DNA of 64,000 nucleotides. It comes from Bugula neritina (lineage: Eukaryota; Animalia; Bryozoa). The position numbers and the translations under genes are program-made. Each line of letters opens with the position of its first letter. Within the stretch, counting starts at the first letter, position 1. The notes under the pieces were generated by a model. The model searched no databases. It was not told where the DNA came from and was given only the letters and a program-made list of their open reading frames with translations. Positions 27,464 through 38,954 of the stretch are shown here, one piece after another. Location: contig OZ037768.1 of the NCBI GenBank assembly GCA_964035545.1, positions 558,001-622,000 of the forward strand, read 5' to 3'.

Positions 27464-30400
27464 TCACTTGGACAGCAACTCCTCAGAAGCTAAATAGTTA
27501 GTAATCAAACTAGTCTGAATGTTGGGACTGAGAGTGGAGAGGCGCGGCTCCGCCCTCAGATTGTCTAAGTTCAAGGACGACTTCTTCTCTCTCGGCAAGT
27601 GCCAGTCAATGCAGGTCAAGGTCTCGACGAGGCGGTCGAAGGAGAGGGCTCTGTAGGGCTCGGGCTGAGGTAGGGCGGTTCTACGATTGTCATGTATGAG
27701 AGGGAAGCTCTCCCGCCTCCCGTTATACGCTTCCTGTCTGTTGAGTAGCGTGGGCAGTGCGGGCAGGCTGGGGCGTCTGTCTGACGGAGAGTTGTCTACC
27801 CAGTCCATACGCTCGGCCACTAAGGCTATATCACAGTGTATGTCGGTGATGTCACACGGGGCTTCGTCCACCTCGCTGTCATCACAAGACACGTAAACAT
27901 CGCTGTCAGAGTCGGATAGACACGCCCACGTGGCAGCAGTATCTTCAATGTTACTGTTTATATCCAACTCCTTGGTAAGAGCGACATTGTTAGTTAACAG
28001 TTGCTCTTCCTTGAGGATGGTCTCCCAGTTACGTCTGTTTGTATACATGTTGTTGAGCTGCTCGGTGAGTACGGCACAGGGCATGAACTTGCTGAACTCT
28101 TTGAATAGTGGCTCCACGACAAAGTCTATGAAACCTAAACACATAGCAGAGTAATATAGTAGTAATATAGTAGTAATATAGTAGCAATATAGCAATATAG
28201 TAGTAATATAGTAGTAATATAGTAGCAATATAGTGGTAATATAGTAGTAATATAGTAGCAATATAGTAATATAGTAGTAATATAGTAGTAATATATTGAG
28301 AATACTACGGCAACACACAACTTAGTAAGACGATATGCACTGCATTCACTAATATAAGTACTACAGTGTAGCACACACACAGCCACTTTAGTATAGCTAT
28401 CTGCTATGCTAACACCTGCTCATCCTGTTTCACAAATCAGGAAGTAAAACTATTTTCTTCAAAACAAAATTCTCACCTATTTATTTGCTATATTTTGACA
28501 GGCAAGTTGTTATGATGGAATAACACATGCAGTCCTAGAGTTTGTTTTTCATTGTAAGAAATTCACAAGATATGGAAATTCTCAACAAAATAACAAGTCC
28601 ATAAAACTGCAACTTATCTCTGAATGACATCATTTAAACTAGGGCAAGTACGCGGCCATTAATGTGGCAATCATCTCCCCACTATTTTATAACTGATAGA
28701 ACATAGTGCTATGTTGGCGCTATTGTACTATTGGTACTATTGTATGACATTATATACTAGTATATACTATTGTATGACATTATATGCTAGTATATACTAG
28801 TGTATGACATTATATGCTAGTATATACTAGTGTATGACATTATATGCTAGCATATACTAGTGTATGACATTATATACTAGCATATACTAGGATAGGGTGA
28901 TTGAGTATGCAGGGCACCAACCTGTTTGTATAGAAGAGACTTTATTTGTGAATCTGTCACACAGATTGGTGACCGGGAGGGACAACTTCCGCTCGTAATC
29001 ACCTGAAATATGGAGAGCATAGTTAGAGATCATAAGTAGGGAGTAGAGAGGGTAGTAGAGAGGGTAGGGAGTAGAGAGGGTAGTAGAGAAGGTAGTAGAG
29101 AGGGTAGGGGTAGTAGAGAGGGTAGTAGAGAGGGTAGGGAGTAGAGATGGTAGGGTAGTAGAGAGGGTAGGGGTAGTAGAGAGGGTAGGGGTAGTAGAGA
29201 GGGTAGGGGTAGTAGAGAGGGTAGGGTAGTAGAGAGGGTAGTAGAGAGGGTAGGGGTAGTAGAAAGGGTAGGGGTAGTAGAGAGGGTAGGGTAGTAGAGA
29301 GGGTAGTAGAGAAGGTAGGGTAGTAGAAAGGGTAGGGTAGTAGAGAGGGTAGGGGTAGTAGAGAAGGTAGGGGTAGTAGAGAGGGTAGGGGTAATAGAGA
29401 GGGTAGGGGTAGTAGAGAGGGTAGGGTAGCAGAGAGGGTAGGGGAGTAGAGAGGGTAGGGTAGCAGAGAAGGTAGGGGTAGTAGAGAGGGTAGGGTAGTA
29501 GAGAGGGTAGGGGTAGTAGAGAAGGTAGGGTAGTAGAGAAGGTAGGGTAGTAGAGAGGGTAGGGTAGTAGAGAGAATAGGGGTAGTAGAGAGGGTAGGGG
29601 TAGTAGAGAGGGTAGGGTAGTAGAGAGAATAGGGGTAGTAGAGAGGGTAGGGTAGGAGACTCACCCTGCTGGAAGAACTCGTTGCACACCCTGTTACTCC
29701 ACATCTTGCAGGTAGCCCAGGATCTGCAAGGGTTGCTGATATCGGCACACTTGAGGGCAATCTGCAGGATGAAATGACGGTGCTCACTGCGCGACATGTC
29801 CAGATCTCCACTGAGTACGTGAGTCTGTCAACAATAAGATAATTCATTCAGTGAGAGAAACACCAGATAGGAATGTGTAATCCCCATTCTGTGGTTGAGT
29901 TCTAGGAGTTAGTGAGAAGAGAGAAAACTCAAGTCAAATAAGCAGCTAAGTTTCTGGTATGACATGACAAATAGCAATTAGCAAGAGTGAGAGAGATTGT
30001 GCGTGAGAGTGTGAGAGAGAGGCTAGCCAAAGGAAATGACACGGAAGTAAACAGACAGACAGACAGACAAACAAACCTTGAGTCGGGTGTAGAACTCTTG
30101 TTGTCTAGTCATATCAGTGGCTAGGATCAGTGATTTCATCTGCTTGATTATATTTTTCCTAAACAAAAAGAAAGAACATAATAGATGCGTTACGTGCAGC
30201 AGCCAAGTGTAAACTATCAACTCTTTTATTGATTTCATGAGTTTATGAACACAAAAGTCATATTGAATAGCATGACGTAAAGGAAATCATTTGAGATTAG
30301 AGTTATATCAGTGTGACACTGTATGGTAACAGCGGAGTGTAACATTGTAAGATAACAGCTGAGTGTGACATTGTATGGTAACAGCAGAGTGTAACACTGT

Positions 30401-33400
30401 AAGGTAACAGCAGAGTGTGACATTGTAAGGTAACAGCAGAGTGTGACATTGTAAGGTAACAGCAGAGTGTGACATTGTAAGGTAACAGCAGAGTGTGACA
30501 TTGTAAGGTAACAGCAGAGTGTAACATTGTAAGGTAACAGCAGAGTGTAACATTGTATGGTAACAGCAGAGTGTGACATTGTAAGGTAACAGGTGCCAAC
30601 TCACCTGACAGCCATGGGCAGGTGATCAAACAGGCCAGACTCAAGCAGCACTCCGACAGCTGAGCGCCAGTGGTGGTTCTCCAGCACCGAGTTGTTCTGC
30701 AAGACACGGTATATGCAGAGAGTGTATGCAGAGAGTATATGCAGACAGTATATGCAGAGAGTATATGCAGAGAGTATATGCAGACAGTATATGCAGAGAG
30801 TATATGCAGAGAGTATATGCAGAGAGTATATGCAGACAGTATATGCAGACAGTATATGCAGAAAGTGTATGCAGAGAGTATATGCAGACACAGTATATGC
30901 AGACACAGTATATGCAGACAAACCTTGTAGAGGGAGGCGAGGTGATTTGACGTGGCGATGAGGAAGGCCTGGTTGACCCCCGGGTGATCAAGGTCGTGGG
31001 TGATGGCCGCCACTAAGGCTATCATAGTCTCCAATGGACTCAGATGTCGGGCAATCTGAAACACAAGGAGTTCCTGAGAACTGATGAACAGAACAGAACA
31101 GAACGGGCAGCTCTGCTATGTTAACATTTAGTAACTTCAAGCATGCAGGTGAAATATGCAGGTGAAATATGCAGGTGAAGTATGCAGGTGAAATATGCAC
31201 TGTATATTGTAGTTAATTGCTATGTTTATAATATGCGCTGATGAAACCATTGAGGTCTACAGCCAGCATACACGTAGAACAGGAAAGAGAGAGAGTAGAC
31301 ATCACGCAGTTAGCAGACATGTCAGAGCCAGCAATCAGATCAGTCAGATGAGGCAGCGACACGCACAGCTGCTGCAACTACTCTAACTCTGACAGAGTAT
31401 TCCGTAATTTGTACCTTTTCTTGAGTGATGTAACAATGCATAGCCTGAGTAACATCAGCTGCGTGAATGACATTGTGATAGGGGTTCTGGTGGTAGCCCT
31501 CCTCCACGAGATCTACAACAGTTAGGAATTTGGGCTAAGATAGGGAAACGCACATCGCTAAAGCAGAAAGAAGAGAGGAAACTGGAGTGAGAGAACTCAC
31601 TGGCAAACTTCATAAGTTTCACAATGTCAAGGTTGAAATGATCCATGAGGTTGTGTTGCTGGAAGAGTTTGAGAACGACGTGTAGCAGTGGGCGCCCGTT
31701 GGAGGAGTGGTTGAGTTGGAACACGTCGAACGACCAATCAGAAGTTCTGTCCAGTAGACACTGTAACAGACACTAGTAGTGAGTACTAGCAGTGAGTACT
31801 AGTAGTGAGTACATACTAACAGAGGGCATGGGGTATTGAGATAAGACAACTACCATGTTAGTAGAGTAATCTGCCCTCCCCTGCACTATTTGAGCTGACG
31901 GAAAGGTTAGAGAGAGGTAGAGATAAGATAAGTTGACTGTTTGTTTACTGCAAGAAAGTAGAGCAAATCTGTGTGATAACTTGACACTATCTCAGAGATG
32001 TTACGTAACACTTGGGAGCAAACATGACTGATAAGGGAGAGAATGAAGGGCACAGCTAGTGTAAGTGCAGTGTAGGTATAGTGTAAGTGTAGTGTAAGTG
32101 TAGTGTAGGTATAGTGTAAGTATAGTGTAGGTATAGTGTAAGCGTAGTAGGCAGTTCTATGAATGAGTATAACATAACACCAAGTAAAGCTGCTGCTTAC
32201 ACTAGTTGAAGATGTGTAGAAGTCATCCACCAAGCTTTGCCCATCTACTCCGGGGTTGGTGCGGCATCTCTTTCTTCTCTTCATGCCACCGAGAGTTAGA
32301 AAGCGAGAGCCGCAACGAGTTCTATACGAAGGAGATGCGAGATCTACAATAATATTCAATATTAAAATAATACATCAATGCAATTATAGCAACATTATGC
32401 TCAGTAATATTATTATGTAATGCAAAATAATGTAGTAGAATAAAATGCAGCATAATGTAAAATATATTGAGAAGGTGGAGACGGAAGTGTTTACGTCTCA
32501 AGTTGCTGGCTGCCAAGCCTGAGCACCACTCAACTCACTGCCTGGCCGACCACCACCCACTTCACCCTCCCACAAACTCCGAGACAGTCTCACTGCCTGG
32601 CCGACTAGCAGTCACCTTTGACACGCACCCAGTGTGTCCAACGCGTTGTTGACATGTGGGCCAGTTAACCGCAGGTGAAGCCTGCATTCAATCAAGTCAA
32701 AGCTAGAGAGTTGTTATTGCTCGACAGAAAAACAAACCCTAGACAAGCTGATCAACTCAATGAATAATACTGTGCTTTGCATTCCTTTTCATTATTTCTC
32801 TATCAGTCTACAAACTGGTAGACACGCCATTTACACTCCAACTAAGAACAAACTGTATCAACTCCAACTCTGGGAGAAAGCTCTAAGAAATTAGAGTGAG
32901 CAGCTAAGTTGGATGGTCTACAGTTGAATGAATGTATATTCAACCAGATAGACTATGATAGTTAGTGCAGAGATTGATAACTTTACACCATACTAAGTTT
33001 CCTACGAAATGAAGACTACTATCTGCAGTTAGACAAATATTTAATAATATTAAACACAAATAATATTTGGGTGCTCACTTTGTAAACACTTTCTGTCTGA
33101 AGGCTGTAGACTGTTGAGGATATACTGGTGTATAATATCCTGCCGTGATGCTTGTATCCTCACATCACCTGTAATTACATGTCACAATATTTACCTGTAA
33201 TTACATGTCACAATATTTACCTACATTTACATTTAACTAATTTAAGAATTAATTTTGGTCATCAAATTTTAATTCATAAAAATAGTTACACCTGCCGAAT
33301 AATTTTTTATTTTAGATTTTTTAATCATTGGTTTTCTAAGAAATTTAACAAAACATGCAGATTATAAACACTCAAGTTTTATACAAAAAATAAATATTTT

Positions 33401-36400
33401 GATAAATATAAAATATTTTATATTACCAATTTTCAAATTTTCTGTACTAGAAAAAGAAACAATCCAAGTGGTGAAGCTGTTTGAATTAATAAACCACCAC
33501 AATTTCACCAAACATTTATCAATGTGATATTTCTGTCAGAGTTTTGGAGTTTTATTAAATTTAGAACGTGTAAGAAGTTAGAACATAGAATTACCTAATT
33601 GTCTCACATAGACAGCTTGCTTATCCGTCTTATCGAATGAGATTGCACCTCGTCTCTGCAACATTAACAGCAAATCGTAGGGCACTGACACCATCTTAGC
33701 AATCGCCAGTCATTCCACTTACAATTGAGTTATTTAACACCACCGAGTAAGATAGTTATTCCTTTTAGCAATTCCAGTAAAACTACACAGTGCAGTGAAC
33801 TTTGTAATCCTAAGAGCTGAATTAATAATGTCTGCAAGTAATTCGTCTGTATTGTACCGATAACTAGTTGCGTCTTCTCCAGAAGTCACTGCCTCAATGA
33901 TCTGCTACAGAGCTAATCACTGGCATTATATAAATGACGTTGAACGCGGATCAATGAACCATAAAACGAATTAATTATTCAATGTGTGCAGCATACGCGA
34001 GAAGGAGTAGTATTACCGCGTGTACGTATAACAGACCCGAAGCTGTATGCTGTAAATCTAATACCGTAATTAATACTGTAGCACTGATACCAGCATATCA
34101 TGTCTAGGAAAGTTGAGATGCAAGCTGCTTCATATACTCTCTCTCTTATTACACCTCAGAAGATTCTTATCTACGGTGTAATAACAGAGGGCCTTATCAG
34201 GCAATGCCACCTTCCATTATATTTAAGTTTCGAAGGCCAACAGATTTCACAGTACCCAACTTGGGAAGCGTAAAAGGTAGAAATGTTGGTCACCTGTCTG
34301 CCTATGTTCATAGGTGTCTCTTGGTAACAGGTGTTTTACTTTGACATGTGAAACGAAACTAACCCAGCATTCTACTCCCTCTAGACATTCTATATCATGC
34401 ACGGAGTGTGTAGCGCTAAGTTTCTTTTGTGTTTATTAGCTTTGCTATGATTAAATCTCATGACTGCTATAAACAATCGAGCTGATTTACGTCATTCGAA
34501 GGTGAAAAATCCATAGTGAGAGTGGCTTATCGGGGATTAGTTTCAATGCATCTCGGCTAGTGTTGCTATAACTGTATATAATGCTATAACTATATATAAT
34601 ACTATGACTGTATACAATACTATAACTGTATATAATACTATAACTGTATATAATACTATGACTGTATATAATACTATAACTGTATATAATACTATAACTG
34701 TATATAATACTATGACTGTATACAATACTATAACTGTATATAATACTATAACTGTATATAATACTATGACTGTATATAATACTATAACTGTATATAATAC
34801 TATAACTGTATATAATACTATGACTGTATATAATACTATGACTGTATATAATACTATGACTGTATATAATACTATGACTGTATATAATACTATGACTGTA
34901 TATAATACTATGACTGTATACAATACTATAACTGTATATAATACTATGACTGTATATAATACTATGACTGTATATAATACTATGACTGTATATAATACTA
35001 TGACTGTATACAATACTATAACTGTATACAATACTATAACTGTATATAATACTATAACTGTATATAATACTATAACTGTATATAATACTATGACTGTATA
35101 TAATACTATAACTGCGTATAATAGACTAGCCAGGTATGCATGGCTAGCAGCTGGCTCAGTCAGATATTTGATAAATATGTTGAACTGTGAATGACTGCGT
35201 CAAGTGCCATCTCTTATTAGCTTTTGACTTTTTCAAGAGTCACACACAATGAATTAGATTATTTGTAAAGGCTGCAGTTTCAAATGCTGAAAATTTGCAT
35301 AATTTAATAATGCAGGGCCTTGCGGATTGCCAGCACAAGTATTGGGAGAGTTAACTGGTGACACGGCTGAGTTAGATGAGGTCTGGAGGAAGGGCAACCA
35401 CCAGTAACTTCCACTCTATATAATACACATCCGCAATCTATATTGTGACATGAATACCAGCAGTAGCACATGTGCTCCTGCTGGTACAGGCAGAGTACAA
35501 CTCTCAATTGCTTTAGTATTATATTGTAATTCTGGCGATTGCCTACCATAAAGATCTGCATCTACTCAGAATCAATATATTGATGTAATTATGAAGCGGC
35601 TGCCAAGCAATTAGCCACTTCTTATACTAATTATACTCTGGGAATTAGTATATAACTCAGCTGGCATGGAATATGCAAATCTGATAGGCTGTTCAGCAAG
35701 CTGCTAATGTAAAAACAATTTTTGAGACTTGAAAACAAAAATATTTCTTCCTACATTTCTACTATAGAAAAATTAGCCCTCAGTAAACAAATAGAACATA
35801 AGGTATTTTAGGAAGAATATTACCATGTTTATTGTAACGAGGTGTGTATTACCATGTTTAATGCACTGGAGTTGTATATTATTTATTCTAATTAATTTAC
35901 CTTGACACATTATTTTACTTTTGTAATTACCAGTTTGTGTAAAATAATTACCGAAATGCATCAATTTAAAGCAAGTATTAACCTGTCAGGTTTAAGTGAT
36001 CTTTCAAGGCCTTAACAATGACCACAAGAGAGGAGTGTCTTTTGATGAATAGCATATTATGATAGGTACTGCGAATATTCAACTTGTTGTTTAAAAAATT
36101 TAATTCTAAACTAAATCACATGAAGGATTTGATGATTCATTGAAAGATTAAAGGTTAGATACTTATCGTAGACAACAGCTAGCTAGTTTTATTATAGCAG
36201 CTAGTTTTGATCTTACCCAAAATTGGTGACAATAAGCTATTAAACCCACCCAGTGTTGCACGTAAAAGCTTGACTGGCAGTGAATTTGAGTAGCGCATCT
36301 TAGAGTAAAACTAACTTATGTAACATCACCACAATAGATGTGGCTGAAAGTTTGAACCTAGTACTAGTACTATACTAAGGCCCTCAATGACTATCAGTGG

Positions 36401-37771
36401 ATATTATTATAAATAAAATTAATCCAAATTTAATAGATAGCATACAAACCTTTATTTGGTAGTTACTATAGCAATGACTAGTAGTAGTAGCATTGCCAGA
36501 AGCTAAAAGTAGACTGTCTACAACAATGTAGTCTAATACAAGGTGATCATGATTATTAACCTATTGGCCAGTACTAGTATCTAAATCAGTGTTCGTGTAT
36601 TACATTAAATTTAATATTCAGTGCCAGCTATAGAGAAGCTCAATTATAAACATGCTGATATTTTTCCATCATTGACAATTACTATTAGTATTACTGATGA
36701 GTAATTACCATTGCTTGATTGTGCATAAATCATTCCTTGTAATACTCAAAAAGTGATAAACTCCAAGTCATTAGCATGATTTAGAGTTAGTTAGTTATTC
36801 CATTTTTAACTCTAGGTAAAATATTAACTTTTAACTCTTTTGAATCTTCATTTCATTCAATTAAAACTTTATTCAGTATCACTATGACATTGACCATGAC
36901 TATCAGTATGAATAGATAATCAAAAATGTTATATTAACTTATATTGCAAACAATAATTATAACAATATTATTGTTGATATAAACATTCAGAACTATAAAT
37001 AAAATGCTATTAGTATTACTATTACTATTAGTATCAAACCAAATATAGATGCTTAGACTCGAAGTTAAGATTTAAACCTAAAGCAAAAAGTAATCTGTAA
37101 TGGTCAAGTATACTTACACTTACAGTATGACTATACTCACTATTAGTATTATACTGTATCACTATAAGTATTAACCTGTGAGTGTCTAATATCACTATAA
37201 AGTATAGACATTCAATTTCATATAACTATATTATTATTATGGATCACAATTAGTATTACTATTAGCATGAACCTCAGTATTAGTGTAGCACTACGATTAT
37301 CAGTATCAGTATGACTAGGAGTACGAGTTATTCATAATAATCATCATATTTATACTAAATATTGTGCCTATGCAATCGCGATACCAAAACTAAAAGCAAA
37401 TAATTGAATTTCAATTTGATATGCTATCAAAAGGTATAATTTCACTAAACTTAAAGTCTAAATAAAATAAAATTATTATTAATATTATTATTAATATTAT
37501 GAATTAAACACCAAGTTTTCCTTTTAGAATTAGAAACAGTCTCTGACTGCAAGTGCATACTATTTAAACAAGTGATTCAGTGAGTAAATTTTAAGTAGCA
37601 AGTAATTACCTTAAGCCTGGGTTTACCTTTGCTCACGCTGCTGCAGCTTTCAAAAGAAATAGCATCTCTACGACTACGAACGTGTGCAAGATCAAAGGGT
37701 AGTACTAGACCTAGTCGTTCAGCTTGGAAGAAATTCAAATTATTTATTGAATTTTCAGTACAGAGGGACAT
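27464..37771 (-). CDS. PDE7: High-affinity cAMP-specific 3',5'-cyclic phosphodiesterase 7 (PDE7A/B co-ortholog), about 613 aa, 11 exons
   Basis: Exons 37771-37610, 33655-33595, 32343-32201, 31760-31601, 31512-31415, 31055-30924, 30696-30605, 30158-30077, 29824-29665, 29002-28922, 28134-27464 (1842 nt, GT-AG, phases consistent). Class I PDE motifs [68 protein letters not shown]7-type N-terminal RRGAISFD...VYVRQL. The 5' exons are less certain than the catalytic ones. Confidence 0.88.
28150..28296. repeat. (TAGTAGTAATA)n repeat abutting the PDE7 last-exon acceptor
   Basis: Direct reading. Confidence 0.88.
28735..28890. repeat. 30-bp x5 tandem repeat near a PDE7 donor
   Basis: TGTATGACATTATATGCTAGTATATACTAG. 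Confidence 0.9.
29036..29656. repeat. Purine-rich (GAGAGGGTAGGGGTAGTA)n array filling a PDE7 intron
   Basis: Occupies nearly all of intron 29664-29003. Confidence 0.94.
30310..30591. repeat. 26-bp minisatellite, about 11 copies, starting just after a PDE7 donor
   Basis: GTAACAGCAGAGTGTGACATTGTAAG. Confidence 0.93.
30708..30920. repeat. 13-bp minisatellite (GTATATGCAGASA) filling a whole PDE7 intron
   Basis: Occupies intron 30923-30697. Confidence 0.93.
34565..35122. repeat. 18-bp minisatellite (ATRACTGTATATAATACT), about 31 copies, PDE7 intron 1
   Basis: Direct reading. Confidence 0.95.
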
Positions 37772-38954
37772 TATAAGTACGCACTATACAGTTAGCCAGT
37801 TGAAGAGACAGAAACTGCCATTAAATTAAATAATCCTTTAATCTCAATCTGGAAATGAAATTTGTTAAGTTAGTCTTCAGGTTCAAACGTGCTGAGTTTC
37901 GGTTTCAAACGCAGCTTGTCCGTTCAATCAGTCGTATTTATTTGTAACATCATAAAAGCACGCTAAAACACTGAAAGACATATGAAGAGCATAACGCGGG
38001 AAAGGCTTTCAGCCTGTACGGGAGAAAACAACTCTAGCTTTGTTCGTCATGCTAACGCGTTGATAGTGCGTTTGAATAATTCTATTTTGACAACTATTCC
38101 CAATTTTATGGGACAAAGACTACAGCCGTTTGTGGATGAATTTTCATACATTTATATGTATAATTACATCCTTAAATTCATCCTTATATATGTTTTTGTG
38201 ACTACTTAAGTCTTAATTACTTTCTTTCAGAAATTATATATATTGGGTTTAAATACTGGTACCAAATATCGAGAACCACAAATCATTTCCAGATAAGTTT
38301 AGGGTGGCTTTGTAATCCCCTCGTTTAAAAGTCAAGTTGCATAAGTTAAGCAATCCTATCTAACTGTGCATAGTTAAGGGTTAATCAGGATAACACGTTT
38401 TGGTTGTCATTTATATAATCTGTAATTATACCCCCAAAGCTTCTTGCTCCACCATATCAAGGCTATTATTGATTGCAGAGAGAGTAATGTAATGTCTATC
38501 ATCAATAAATTTTGAAGGTAGAAACACCTGAACACCTCCCCACCAGTTTCTCTGGCTACTGCTGCTGACCAAACAATAAGCAAGAACTGAGGATAGACTA
38601 TAAAGTACTGTTATTTATTACATCATACATAAAGGAGAAAACTGTACAAAAGCTACATTACATGCTACAGACAGAACATACAAAATCAAGAATTATTGTC
38701 ATAATGAGTCATTATTTACATGCATATGTGTGTGCATATAGAAAGGTTGTATGTGTACAAGTCACTAGTTCCATTCTGAGTCCAGCCTACATCACTTGGC
38801 ACATGAAGCTTATTTATTGCTGTACTTGTGTTCAACTTTACACGGACCCTAGTATACTTGATTATAAAATGTATTGAGATGGAATAGCTGTGTAGAGTTG
38901 AAAGTTCCAGTGCTGCAGATATACATTACACAGATGGCTACAAGCAGACCAACA

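Noticed and set aside
29023-29660. Pro/Tyr/Thr-rich extensin- or mucin-like ORFs (also 49079-49868 and 58645-58995)
   Set aside because: Read-through from real exons past clear donors into intronic repeats, or pure repeat.
32470-32690. GC-rich PDE7 intronic block as an extra or alternative first exon
   Set aside because: As an internal phase-1 exon it has a stop. Two ATG-to-donor readings are possible but have no homology support, so it is left uncalled.
34543-35194. (YTVIVL)n and (TVYNTI)n ORFs
   Set aside because: 18-bp intronic minisatellite.
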